A stretch of DNA of 63,329 nucleotides, filler included, from Octopus bimaculoides (taxonomy: Eukaryota): assembly GCF_001194135.2 (NCBI RefSeq). It is 8 parts of 7 records of this genome, joined end to end, with 100 filler letters (N's around TTAATTAATTAA, not from the genome) between each part and the next. Parts side by side here need not be neighbours in the genome. Positions count along the whole stretch, not along the records: positions 29,086 to 37,185 come from NC_068986.1; positions 37,286 to 43,549 come from NC_068981.1; positions 43,650 to 54,290 come from NC_069010.1; 5 more parts are not named here. One strand, written 5' to 3'. A program made the translations under genes and the position numbers. Below, in pieces: positions 35,411-48,039 of the stretch. Within the stretch, counting starts at the first letter, position 1, and every line of letters starts with the position of its first letter. The notes beneath the pieces were generated by a model. That model had not been told where the DNA came from. It saw only the letters and a program-made list of their open reading frames with translations, and made no database searches.

Positions 35411-37023
35411 TAAAGTGAACATTAGGATTCCATAAGGCGGCGAGCTGGCAGAATCAGTTGCTCGCCGGACAAAATAGATTTTGTACATCTTTACGTTCTG
35501 AGTTCAAATTCCGTCGCGGTTGAATTTTCCGTTGATCTTTCCGGGGCTCGATAAAATAAGCACCAGATGAGTACGTTCCTGTTAACCAATGGTTCAGCAA
35601 AAGAGACCTATCTCATAACTACTAGACTTACAAAGAATAAATCCTGGGGTCGATTTGTTCGCCTACAAGGCGGTGCTCCAGTATGGCCGCAGTAAAATGA
35701 CTGAAACAAGTAAAAGAAAAAAATGAATAAAAAGTTAAAGAAGATATAGATACGTACACACACACACACGCGCACACACACAAACACACAAACAAACATG
35801 CACATACATGTACACACACACACATACGTGAATGTGTGTGTGTGTATGTTTGTTTGTTTACTTATAAATCGTGGCAAAATTCGAACTCCTTCGCAAATCA
35901 GAGAGCTGCTTTAGTATCATTCATTGCAGTCAGCTAAACTTTTGATTCGATTTGAGCAACATACGAAAAATGTGTAGCTCACGTGAAAACTAAATGCCAA
36001 CATGGCAGATATTGCGTATCTTTAATGCATAGTAATTGAATTATTTATACGTGCATACAACATTTAAGACAAATTTAGGATCAAAAGAAGTGCTATGTTA
36101 TTCCTTTTAACATATGAAAAGATCAAAGGAAAGACTTCTGGGGAAATGTTTCAGAAGTCATAGAATATATTCTATATCTTCTCCAAAGAAATATTGTATT
36201 TTGTATTGAAAAGAAACAAACCTGTTTTCTATTTTTTTCACTAGTTTTCCTGTGGGTGTCACTGCCGAAGGATGAACAAAGCATATTTATGTTGCATATT
36301 CTGATTATTTTAGCTTCTTAATGTGAAGACTTTTACCTTTGTTATAAAGAGCCGAAGTTGTATCACATCCATGGATGCATGAATGAATAAAATATGTTTA
36401 TTAACCAATTTCCAGCTAATTTGTAATGCTTGATTGAATAATGTATTGATCGACGCATTGTGAATTCTTATACTCGTTTTTTTTAAATATTTTTTTTGTT
36501 TGGCATTATGCTAGTTGTAGTCAGGGCGTTAAAATCTACACCATTGCCACAATTCATGTTGAGCAAAAAGGCAAAACAGTCCTATCCAATGATAGATATT
36601 TAGTTTGATGCTCTAGTGAACTAAATATACAATGGCATTTACATGGTTTATAGTGAGGTAGGAATCTTCTCACAAAGTAGTCTTTGCCTTATGAAAGCAT
36701 ATTCTTGTTGGTATAATTTTTCTTTATAGGAAATTTATCAATTCTGGTTCAAATTTTTGCCTCTGTTTTACCAGTATTGGATGCATGCATAGCTTTCTGG
36801 TTTCCGGCTCAGACCTACAGTGTTGCGATTTCGTAAAGTAACCTCGACCATATTGCTTGGCGACAAAAGCTTTGTGAGTGAATTTGATACATGAGAACTG
36901 TGTGGAAGCTAGGGATCTATAAGACGTTGCACAAGCAATCAGCTCTGAGTGAACTGCTTCTGATAGCGGAAACAGCTCTAAGCTAATGAACTAGCTTACG
37001 TCATTCCTTTTCACTTCGGCTTT

Positions 37024-37085
37024 AGAGTCTGACGAGACGTCCACGGGGCTAATTCCTTTATGGATGCAAAACCATTGGTCACTCT
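37024..37085 (+). ncRNA. Type-I hammerhead ribozyme-like motif, family 1 (G12 mutated to A)
   Basis: Stem I AGAGU/ACUCU, core CUGACGA, stem II G-C plus CGUCCA/UGGAUG, AAAA in place of GAAA, stem III ACC/GGU, GUC cleavage triplet. Confidence 0.75.
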
Positions 37086-37285
37086 GCGACTGGACATAGA
37101 CTTAACTACATATAAATGCATTACTGCTCTATTCTTTAGAGCGTGCTTCTTATTGAGATATATCATAGATTCACTATATATATATNNNNNNNNNNNNNNN
37201 NNNNNNNNNNNNNNNNNNNNNNNNNNNNNTTAATTAATTAANNNNNNNNNNNNNNNNNNNNNNNNNNNNNNNNNNNNNNNNNNNN

Positions 37286-37317
<32 letters not shown>

Positions 37318-37468
37318 CTATATATGTATATATATATCTGACGAGCTGTACGTGACCCCAGACACCTCAATTCATCACCCTCTACATTTGCCTACCCCCT
37401 ACCCATCCGCCCACCTCCCTCTACGTGACACTCAGACTCCATTAAATCGTTATCAAGGTACAGTCAAC

Positions 37469-37542
37469 ATGGCGGACTTTTGCTTAACAAATGACGAACC
37501 AACAACATTTGACCCCGATTTCAGAGCTAAAACAAAAAATAG
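37469..37542 (+). CDS. Candidate coding exon MADFCLTNDEPTTFDPDFRAKTKN(R); the frame is also open upstream to the gap
   Basis: CAACATGGCG start context; possible donor AG|GTGGGG, phase 2, compatible with the exon at 39186. Confidence 0.35.
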
Positions 37543-37904
37543 GTGGGGTGGCCACGGTTGGTGGAGGCGAGAGCGGGGAAGTAAAGTATGATGATGTGTA
37601 GTGTAGTGCAGGAGGGCATGGTGCAGGTCGTGTAGTGCGGTGGAGTTGGTTTTGGGGTATGGTGCTGATGTAGAGTGTTGTGATGGTGATGGTGATGGTG
37701 ATGGTGGTATGCAAAAGTTGTGATGTTGTGATGGTCATGCAGATATGATGTGAGGTGGTAGAGTGCGGTCATGAGGGTGTGGGGGTTGTAATACAAAGGG
37801 GAAGGAATAAAATATATAGAGATGTTGTGGCAGGAATGCTGTGACAAACTAGTCCAGTCTTACACTCCTCCCTCTTCTCTTCCCCACCATACACTGTCTC
37901 TCTT

Positions 37905-37945
<41 letters not shown>

Positions 37946-38433
37946 TGCTTCTTTTCTTTCCCTAACCCCCCCACCCGGCGCCATCACTCTCCAATCACCA
38001 TCCTCACCATCCGTCTGACCCCCAGGACATTATAGTGTTAAAGTGTGTGTGTGAGAGAGTGTGCGTTTGTGTATGCGTGAGAATGTATGTATGTTTGTGT
38101 GTGTGTGTGTGTTTGTGTGTGTGTGCGCGCGCGCGTTAGTGTGTGTGTGTGTGTGTGTGCGCGTTAGTGTGTGTGTTTGACCGTTGGCGTGGGGAGAGTA
38201 AGAGGCCAGTAATTGATCCCCACATCCCACCCTACCCAGAGTCAGACGGACTGGACAGGTGGTGGCTGTATCAACTGGACAGGATTGGTGGTGGTGGTGG
38301 TAGAACGAGGGTGTGAATGAAGAGCGAGATGGGAAGAGTGGTGGGTGGGTGAATGGAGAGTAAGGAGACGGAATGGGGGAGGGGAAGAGAGAGAGAGAGA
38401 GAGAGAGAACATCAGTACAAATAATACATGTAT

Positions 38434-38656
38434 AATCTTTTCTACTATAGGCACAAGGCCCGAAATTTTGGGGGGAGGTGGGGGCCAGTCGATTAGATCG
38501 GTCCCCAGTACGCAACTAGCACTTAATGTATCAACCCCGAAAGGCTGAAAGGCAAAATCAACCTCGGTGGAATTCGAACTCAGAACGTAAAGACAGATGA
38601 AATACCGCTAAGCATTTCGCCCGGCGTGCTAACGATTCTGCCAGCTCCACCGCCTT
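38434..38656 (-). mobile_element. SINE family B, tail type B2
   Basis: Family B head and central domain with the TAGGCACAAGGCCCGAAATTTTGGGGG tail. Confidence 0.88.
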
Positions 38657-39185
38657 AATACACAAATATATAACGTTTTTATTAATTTCTTTTTAAATAC
38701 CTATACACATACTTATATCTATCTATATATCATACATATATACACAACCAAATACACACACACATACACACACACATACACACACACATACATAGACACA
38801 CACATACACATATATATATATATGTATGTACGTATGTATGTATATGTATATGTATGTGGGTGCATGTATGTATGGTTGAATGTATGTATAAAGCGGTGCC
38901 GAGTTATATTATCGATCTGTCTACCAATCAATCTATTTATCTTTGCGCCAGTGTGTTCCCAATTATCTCTATGTCTATGTGTGAACCTATGTCTGGAGCC
39001 GATGTCCTCGGCATCAAATTACAAATCAATCACAAAAATGTGTACCCCCATCCACCACGATTTTACCAAAATTATGGCAGAACCGCAACAGAATCAGATT
39101 AAATGTTACCTTGTTGTATTTGTTTCCAGTCCCTCTACTTTAAGTTCAAATCCCCTAAGATCAACTTTGCTTTTCATTCTTCCAG

Positions 39186-39270
39186 GGCCGGTAAAGTACA
39201 ACGAAGGCCTTTATCACCATTAAAGATATTGGGAAGAAAAGTGTGCCCCGATATCAGTAATGTATTCAAG
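39186..39270 (+). CDS. Candidate internal exon (R)AGKVQRRPLSPLKILGRKVCPDISNVFK
   Basis: Acceptor CTTTGCTTTTCATTCTTCCAG and donor AAG|GTAAAA; 85 nt with only one open frame (phase 2 in, phase 0 out). Confidence 0.5.
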
Positions 39271-39390
39271 GTAAAATCTTTTTCTTTTTTTTTTCTTTTC
39301 CTCCTCATCTCCTCCTTCGTTCCTCTTCATCTTTCTTATTCTACTACTACTACTACTACTTCCTGTCACTCTACCACCACCACCACCACC

Positions 39391-39447
<57 letters not shown>

Positions 39448-40214
39448 TTCTCACTTTCCCTGCGGAAGAAATCAGCTTTGGTGAGATCCAGCAAAGTATT
39501 GGCTTCACCAAGTCTAATTTACTCGAGACACTCCTTGTGATGTTGCGATGGGGCCCTTACGCCTCCAGCACGAGATGAGGTCCCATGGAAAGAAGGACTC
39601 ACAGCACATTCCGGTCACCCTCTGCAAACTAGATTCTCACAAATTTCCCTTTAGGTGTCTTCAGACTTATCCTAGCTGTGAAGAGTCCATCATCCTCTGG
39701 ATAATGATCTCTTATATTTCAATATCCTGCTGATGAGGGTCATCAACCATCGTCCTATCCTTCAGGAGATCCAAATAGTCAGCTCTCTTCTTATTTACAG
39801 TGGGAATAATTTGGTTTGTCCTCTTGCTAATTTCATCATCAAATCAGCCACATTTTGGTTCCTCCGGCAAAATGCCTAGAATTTCAAATATTTTACAGTG
39901 TTTAACTGAAATAATTAGGAAACACCGTACAAATCATGTACGTGCGTATGTCCATGTGCGAGTGTGGATCTGTGTGTTATTAATGCGTATATGTGTGTGT
40001 GTATATGAGTGTGCGTATGTTTCGTTGTTCTTGTTATTGTTGTGGTGTGTTATTAGGAATGTTGCTCTGCAGCTGTGTGCGCTGTTAACGGATTTCAGCC
40101 ACAGAAACATGACCATGATGGAGCAACACCTTCAAGTATTTCTTTAATCAATCATTTCAACCTCACTACTACTTTTCAGTCTGATACATCTTTTATCGAT
40201 CTTCATATCGCACA

Positions 40215-40363
40215 ATTTCTTTTGCTTCCCAACCACATGGCTCCGGGTTCAGTCCCACTGCGTGGCACCTTGGGCAAGTGTCTTCTACTATAGCCTCGGG
40301 CCGACCAAAGCCTTGTGAGTGGATTTGGTAGACGGAAACTGAAAGAAGCCCGTCGTATATATG

Positions 40364-40398
<35 letters not shown>

Positions 40399-40418
40399 CC
40401 CCAACATCGCTTGACAAC
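40215..40418 (+). mobile_element. SINE family A, both ends truncated
   Basis: Body closely similar to 16580-16800. Confidence 0.88.
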
Positions 40419-40747
40419 TGAAATCAAACAGGAAGGGTTGTTAAGCCTAAACGATGTGAGGTGGCGAACGAGGAGAAGCAAGCTTGGACAAAAGACAGAA
40501 AAGAATGCGTCTGATTATCATTCTGTGTATCTTACTTAACGTTCGTATACTACAGAAAGTCATCAAACTGCAGTATTGGTTCAAAATAGCACTATGTGTA
40601 TCTTACGTAACGTGGATATACTACCGAAAGCCACAAAACCGCAGTATATATGTATGCGTATGTGTTTATGGGAGAGTGTATCTGTGTAAATATGCATATA
40701 TATGTATATGCGTGCAGATGCATGTATGCCTCTGTTTGTGTGCGTGC

Positions 40748-40819
<72 letters not shown>

Positions 40820-40824
<5 letters not shown>

Positions 40825-41121
40825 CGCATGGGTTAGTGATTAGGGTACTCGATTTACGATCGTAAGATCATGAGTTCGATACCCAACAGACATTTTATTT
40901 CCCATTGCCCCAGTCCACTCGGCCGGCAAAAACTGAGTAGAACCTGTAATTCAAAGAGACCAGTATTGTCACATTCTGTGTCACACTGAATCTCACTGTG
41001 AATCACGCTATGGTATGTGTGTCTGTGGAGTTCTCAGCCACTTGCATATTAATTTCCCGAGCAGGCTGTTCCGTTGATCGGATCAAATGGAATGCCGGTC
41101 GTCGCAACTGACGGAGTGCCA
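40820..41121 (+). mobile_element. SINE with a family C 3' half but a different head and body (C2)
   Basis: Head GGTTAGTGATTAGGGTACTCG...GAGTTCGATACCC and body TTGCCCCAGTCCACTCGGC, then CCTGTAATTCAAAG...GACGGAGTGCCA. Confidence 0.75.
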
Positions 41122-41543
41122 TTGTGTGCGTATTTGTGGTGTTTCGTGTGTCTGTATATATATATGTGTGTTACGTGTGTATATTATCGGTTTTCTGGTG
41201 CCACCAAAAATCAAGGAAAAACTTCTCTAAGATGCTGATATATATTGCTAAAGAAACCGAGCTGCGTGGAGATATTGGCCGTGGCGACTCACAGCTTGAA
41301 CGAAGCAACTGAGAGAAGAAACAAATGGAGAAGATCCATTCCACTTTAGACTCTAAGACTTACAAGAGATCATATGGAATGTGGTCATCGATTATCGATG
41401 ACGATCCTAGCGCCGATGATTTATCAAAGCTGCGAAGCTCACAGTTAAGCATTTTAACACGTGTAAATATCAATATTCAATCATAGTCGCACACAGACAT
41501 AGATACAGATAAATAGATAGAGAGAGAGAGAGAAAGAGATAGG

Positions 41544-41575
<32 letters not shown>

Positions 41576-41602
41576 CTGGATGGATGGATGAATGGATGGA
41601 TG

Positions 41603-41655
<53 letters not shown>

Positions 41656-41750
41656 TGCTTGCATATATATATATATATATATATATATCCAAAATTGAAA
41701 ATATATATTACTGCACACACTCATATTTGTAAACATGTCTATCCATCTGC

Positions 41751-41819
<69 letters not shown>

Positions 41820-41915
41820 ATATATATATATATATGTATATGTATATATTATATATATATGTGTATGTATATATTATATATATATATGTATAAATATATA
41901 TATGTCAATGTATAT

Positions 41916-41954
<39 letters not shown>

Positions 41955-42068
41955 TTAAAATTATAATACAGGGTATCGTGTGCATACGTGCATATATATG
42001 TATGTATACGTCCGTATATGTAAGTATACTGTTTATATACATGTATTTGTATTTATGTACTTGAGTAT

Positions 42069-42124
42069 ATTTCACTGATGAAGGCAGAGCATTTATGCAA
42101 AGCCAGAAATCCAGGATTTGAAAT
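42069..42124 (+). ncRNA. Type-I hammerhead ribozyme-like motif, family 2
   Basis: Stem I AUUUCA/UGAAAU, CUGAUGA, stem II GGC/GCC extended by GCAU/AUGC, GAAA, stem III AUCC/GGAU with a 1-nt loop, AUU triplet. There is an A.A step at 10.1/11.1. Confidence 0.65.
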
Positions 42125-42515
42125 TATCTTATTATTTTTACTGGTTTATTTGGTCTTCGTCTTCGCTAATCGTGCCTTGCGGACATTTATTGTGGTTTTG
42201 GAGTCAGGATTTGACTGCTATTTTTTCAGCGTGGTGGTATCTCTTGATACCCTNNNNNNNNNNNNNNNNNNNNNNNNNNNNNNNNNNNNNNNNNNNNNNN
42301 NNNNNNNNNNNNNNNNNNNNNNNNNNNNNNNNNNNNNNNNNNNNNNNNNNNNNNNNNNNNNNNNNNNNNNNNNNNNNNNNNNNNNNNNNNNNNNNNNNNN
42401 NNNNNNNNNNNNNNNNNNNNNNNNNNNNNNNNNNNNNNNNNNNNNNNNNNNNNNNNNNNNNNNNNNNNNNNNNNNNNNNNNNNNNNNNNNNNNNNNNNNN
42501 NNNNNNNNNNNNNNN

Positions 42516-42558
<43 letters not shown>

Positions 42559-43038
42559 ACGCATATTGAATTGAATGGTTATTTACCGTTTAATATATCG
42601 TAATATTTAATGATATTTGCTCGCCAGTCTTTATTCCGAAGTCCTCCATTTTCTTTTCTTATTCAACACATTACCACATCTCACGCAATGAACTGCTTTC
42701 CTCTTCTCCCCCCCCTCTCTTTCTATGTATCTATCGCCCTCCCTCTCCCTCCTTTGCACCCTAATCTCCTCATCCCCTTTTTCTTGACCTTCTCCGTGAG
42801 CCCTAAATCACTTTTATGAATAACATTAGCCTCCACTAACAAAGCACTGTGGTTTAAACAATTGAACAATCTGCCACAAATTTTGGCTAAGATGGACCCC
42901 TTTGACAGGGACCTGTCACGTGGTCAGAGCCGACCCCTAAACAATTGTTTTTCAAGCAGACACTTTCTAACTCACTTCAATTTAACCTCTTTCATTGAAC
43001 TTGCACATTTATTTGTATGTGTGCGCGCAAATGCACGC

Positions 43039-43090
<52 letters not shown>

Positions 43091-43295
43091 TGTGTCAATC
43101 TGCTTTTTAAAATTGTTTCTATAATGTTCAATTTTTATTTAAGAAAATCTTTTAATATTGTGATCGTATCAGAAATTGTTACTAAGTTATATACGTATGT
43201 GCATGTGTATGTGTGTGTGAGTGCACGCACGTGTGTATGTATGTGTGAGTGTGTGTGTGTATGCACGTGTGTGTGTGTGTACGTGTATAGATAGA

Positions 43296-43339
<44 letters not shown>

Positions 43340-43424
43340 AAACAGACAAGCAGAGGGAAACGAGACAGACAGACACGTAGATAGATAGACAGACACGTAG
43401 ATAGATAGATAGATAGATAGATAG

Positions 43425-43549
43425 GTTTCTTTATTAGCCACACAGGGCTCAACACAGAGGGGACAAAATACAAATGTAGAGTTTTTCTTTTCGAGGGGGT
43501 CGAAAACAAAGCAGAAAAAAAAACAAAAGTGGGGACAACGATGAAAAAA
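43425..43549 (-). mobile_element. Probable LINE 3' end whose tail matches SINE B1; ends in (TATC)n
   Basis: Minus strand TTTGTCCCCTCTGTGTTGAGCCCTGTGTGGCTAATAAAGAAA resembles the B1 tail, but the upstream sequence is not SINE B. Confidence 0.5.
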
Positions 43550-43994
43550 NNNNNNNNNNNNNNNNNNNNNNNNNNNNNNNNNNNNNNNNNNNNTTAATTA
43601 ATTAANNNNNNNNNNNNNNNNNNNNNNNNNNNNNNNNNNNNNNNNNNNNCTCTGTGAACACACACACACACACTAATCTTCTTACTTGTTCAGTTCTCTC
43701 TGGGGCCTTGGTTTGTCTATTTTACTTTTTTTCTGTAAGGTAGAGCACCGGGTAATATATTATATTATATTATATTATATATGCTTTTTTTAGTTGTTGT
43801 TCGGTTTTTTTCTTTCTTTTTTTTTTGCGTTTTCTAAAGTTGAAAGTGACTTAGAAGTTTCAAGTTCCGTCGTACCGGTTCGATCTGTCAAAATTATCTT
43901 GCCTCTACATCACCTGTTCCTTGTTTTGAATGTTTCTTTTTATTTTTAGTGTTGATATATGTTCTACAGACATCATATAGCCGTACAGTAATAT

Positions 43995-44030
<36 letters not shown>

Positions 44031-44948
44031 CGAGTCTATTTGAACATGCGTGTATATACGGCTAAAAACGTTCCTTTGTAGTCTCCGATGGTCGCTGTTT
44101 CCTTTCGTGGTAGGACTCTCAGTCTAGATCCAGATCCAAATCTAGATCCTGCATCAGAAGAACGTAGATCAAAGGTGATGTTCCAGCCGTGACCACCGCA
44201 TCCGTTTTCATCTTTCTTCTCCTGTTTTTTTTTTTTCTTCACTCAGAAAGGATATATACATATATATTTAAGACCACATCATCCGCAGCCTTCATCTTCT
44301 TTTCAAACACAACAGCTTCCCTATAAATATGTATCTATGTTTAGATAAATAAATAAATAATATTGGCTAAAAAATGTCGTTGCAGTTCCTGAGATGAAGT
44401 TTGAAACTGTGCGTGAAGAGAGGCAACACCGGTNNNNNNNNNNNNNNNNNNNNNNNNNNNNNNNNNNNNNNNNNNNNNNNNNNNNNNNNNNNNNNNNNNN
44501 NNNNNNNNNNNNNNNNNNNNNNNNNNNNNNNNNNNNNNNNNNNNNNNNNNNNNNNNNNNNNNNNNNNNNNNNNNNNNNNNNNNNNNNNNNNNNNNNNNNN
44601 NNNNNNNNNNNNNNNNNNNNNNNNNNNNNNNNNNNNNNNNNNNNNNNNNNNNNNNNNNNNNNNNNNNNNNNNNNNNNNNNNNNNNNNNNNNNNNNNNNNN
44701 NNNNNNNNNNNNNNNNNNNNNNNNNNNNNNNNNNNNNNNNNNNNNNNNNNNNNNNNNNNNNNNNNNNNNNNNNNNNNNNNNNNNNNNNNNNNNNNNNNNN
44801 NNNNNNNNNNNNNNNNNNNNNNNNNNNNNNNNNNNNNNNNNNNNNNNNNNNNNNNNNNNNNNNNNNNNNNNNNNNNNNNNNNNNNNNNNNNNNNNNNNNN
44901 NNNNNNNNNNNNNNNNNNNNNNNNNNNNNNNNNNNNNNNNNNNNNNNA

Positions 44949-45118
44949 AGAGTGAGAGAAAGTTGTGGTGAAAGAGTACAGCAGGGTTCGCCACCACCAT
45001 CCCCTGCCGGAGCCTCGTGGAGCTTTAGGGGTTTTCGCTCAATAAACACTCACAACGCCCGGTCTGGGAATCGAAACCGCGAGTCCGCTGCCCTAACCAC
45101 TGGGCCATTGCGCCACCA
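44949..45118 (-). mobile_element. SINE family C, 5' half (rest in gap)
   Basis: Homologous to 20065-20242. Confidence 0.88.
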
Positions 45119-45536
45119 CAAGGATGCTGCAACACGTAATGTTTAACGGAGATTTTGAGGTTATATCTACAGTTTAATGCCCCATTATATTTCTTAATAA
45201 TTTTATTAACACAAGGCAGCGAGCAGGTAGAAACATTAGCACGCCGGGCGAAATCCTTAGGGGTTCAAATACCACTAAGTTTTTACCTTCATAATTTTCT
45301 TATTATTGCATAATTCTTAATGAAACTTTACAACGCAAAGATGGTGATCAGGGCGACACGTATTCCAGTAAACGTGGATTTTAAGGCATAACTACAGTTT
45401 AGCACCTCATAATCTTCATTTCATTAAACTTTTTATTGAGTATTTTTTAACGTAATTTTCCAAAAATATATTTTGAAATGCGTAGACTACGGTTATGTTT
45501 GTGAAATTTTGGTGGAGGCTCTTTAGAATAACAATC

Positions 45537-46240
45537 AGGTGCAGGCATATCTGCTTCCAAACCACATAGTTCCAGGTTCAGTCCCACAGCATGGCACCTT
45601 GGGCAAGTGTCTTCTACCACAGCCTTGGACTGACCAAAGCTTTGTGAGTGGATTTGGTAGATGGAAAGAGAAGGAAGCCTGTCGTATATATATATATATA
45701 TATATATNNNNNNNNNNNNNNNNNNNNNNNNNNNNNNNNNNNNNNNNNNNNNNNNNNNNNNNNNNNNNNNNNNNNNNNNNNNNNNNNNNNNNNNNNNNNN
45801 NNNNNNNNNNNNNNNNNNNNNNNNNNNNNNNNNNNNNNNNNNNNNNNNNNNNNNNNNNNNNNNNNNNNNNNNNNNNNNNNNNNNNNNNNNNNNNNNNNNN
45901 NNNNNNNNNNNNNNNNNNNNNNNNNNNNNNNNNNNNNNNNNNNNNNNNNNNNNNNNNNNNNNNNNNNNNNNNNNNNNNNNNNNNNNNNNNNNNNNNNNNN
46001 NNNNNNNNNNNNNNNNNNNNNNNNNNNNNNNNNNNNNNNNNNNNNNNNNNNNNNNNNNNNNNNNNNNNNNNNNNNNNNNNNNNNNNNNNNNNNNNNNNNN
46101 NNNNNNNNNNNNNNNNNNNNNNNNNNNNNNNNNNNNNNNNNNNNNNNNNNNNNNNNNNNNNNNNNNNNNNNNATGGGCAAGTCTCTTCTATAATAGCAAA
46201 CCAAGCTATGTCTGGTGAATAACTTTGGTAGACAGAAAAT
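45537..46240 (+). mobile_element. SINE family A pieces flanking a gap
   Basis: 5' half at 45537-45687 and a body fragment at 46173-46240. Confidence 0.7.
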
Positions 46241-46255
46241 ATGTTTGGAAGTAAA

Positions 46256-46453
46256 GGCGGTGAACAAGCAGAATCGTTAGCATGCCGGACGAAATGCTTA
46301 GCGGTATTTCGTCTGCCGTTACGTTCTGAGTTCAATTTCCGCCGAGGTCGACTTTGCCTTTCATCCTTTCGGGGGTCGATAAATTAAGTACCAGTTACGC
46401 ACTGGGGTCGATGTAATCGACTTAATTCCTTTGTCCGTTCTTGTTTGTTCCCC
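46256..46453 (+). mobile_element. SINE family B (B1), tail cut off by a minisatellite
   Basis: Closely similar to 13136-13330. Confidence 0.9.
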
Positions 46454-46455
46454 GG

Positions 46456-46780
46456 AGATACCATAACGCAAGTCAGAGTCAATGCTACCACAACTTGAGT
46501 CAGAGTCAGTGGTACCATAACTTGAGTCAGAGATACCATAACTAATATCAGAGTCGCCAGTACCACAACTTGAGTGAGAGGCAGCGGTACCACAACCTGA
46601 GTCAGAGTCAGAGGTACCATAATGCAAATCAGAGTCAGTGATACCATAACTTGAGTCAGAGTCAGTGGTACCACAACTTGAGTCATAGTTAGCAGTACCA
46701 CAACTTGAGTGATAGGCAACGGCACCACAACCTGAGTCAGAGTCAGTGGTACCATAACCCGAGTCAGAGTAAGAGTTGGA
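46456..46780. repeat. 27-bp minisatellite (consensus GGTACCACAACTTGAGTCAGAGTCAGT), about 12 units
   Basis: Units read directly; one unit is 9 bp shorter. Confidence 0.92.
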
Positions 46781-47147
46781 GTCCAAGGCATTGCATATCG
46801 ACTCCACAGTCCTAGTTAGACCCAGGGTAAGACAACAACAACACCAACAACAGAAATAACAAGACACACTGTATAATATAAGTAATTTTTTTTTCTTCTT
46901 CTTTTATTCAAACCATCAGCAGGACAGAATAACAATAAATATTAAAACAGGAGACCTTTTGATTCGATAGACAATAAAATATGATTGTAGCAAGCTGGTT
47001 ATTCTAACAGAAATCACAGACCATCGCATAAACTGGTGATGTTTTTTTCTGGCATTCTTTGCCTCCTCCCATGCCACTGGTCAGTTTGACCACGGTTAAA
47101 TTGGTGGTGGTGGGAAGGGGTCATATGAGGTGCGTTCAAAAAGTATC

Positions 47148-47499
47148 CGTAGGAGTGGCTGTGTGGTAAGTAGCTTGCTTACCAACCACATGGTTCCGGG
47201 TTCAGTCCCACTGCATGACACCTTGGGTAAGTGTCTTCTAATTATAGCCTCGGGCCGACCAAAGCCTTGTGAGTGGATTTGGTAGACGGAAACTGAAAGA
47301 AGCCTGTCGTGTGTTGTATGTGTGTGTGTATGTATAGGTGCACACATGGCTGTACGGCAAAAAGCATGCTTCCCAACCAAATGATCTCAGGTTCAGTCCC
47401 ACTGCATGGAATCTTGGGCAAATGTCTTCTACTATAGCCTCAGGCCAACCAAAACCCTTTGAGTTGATTTGGTAGACAGAAACCGAAAGAAGTCCATTG

Positions 47500-47538
<39 letters not shown>

Positions 47539-47785
47539 ATATATTTGTGCGTGTGTCTTTGTTTCTTTGTTTGTCCCCTGCCCCCCACCATCACTTGACA
47601 ACTGATGTTAGTGCGTTTACATCCCCCGTAACTTAGCAGTTCAGCAAAAGAGACTGATAGAATAAGTACTTACAAAGAATAAGGCTTACAAAGAATAAGC
47701 CCTGAGGTCGATTTCTTTGACTAAAAAGAAATCCTTTAAGGCGGTGCTCCAGCATGGCCACAGTCAAATGTGAAACAAGAATAAA
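47148..47785 (+). mobile_element. Two tandem SINE family A copies (5' half, then a near-full older copy)
   Basis: Heads at about 47148 and 47345; family A tail at about 47735-47785. Confidence 0.85.
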
Positions 47786-48039
47786 AGACCATGTGCATGA
47801 AGGATGGCATCACCTCCCACCCATGCAGATTTAGTTTTGGTGTTTGAATACTTTTTGAATGCACCACATATATATTTCATTGTTGGTTAACTTAGTGATT
47901 TTGAACTGGGATTTATTTTGGATTAGGTCAAGGGGTCGCAAAGATTTTGAGCTAAATAGGGTATTGGAACCAATGTTGTCATATTTTGGAAACTCGACTT
48001 CCTTTTGTACTGGCCAAAGTAGTTTTGGAAGAATCACTA

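Noticed and set aside
39725-39775. CTGATGAG as another hammerhead
   Set aside because: There is no GAAA or stem III at the required position.
39460-39800. GC-richer segment as an exon or a PLE RT remnant
   Set aside because: All frames are interrupted by stops and no motif is strong enough to assign.
41255-41350. Possible LINE C-terminus (NEATERRNKWRRSIPL*)
   Set aside because: Too short and degenerate to support.
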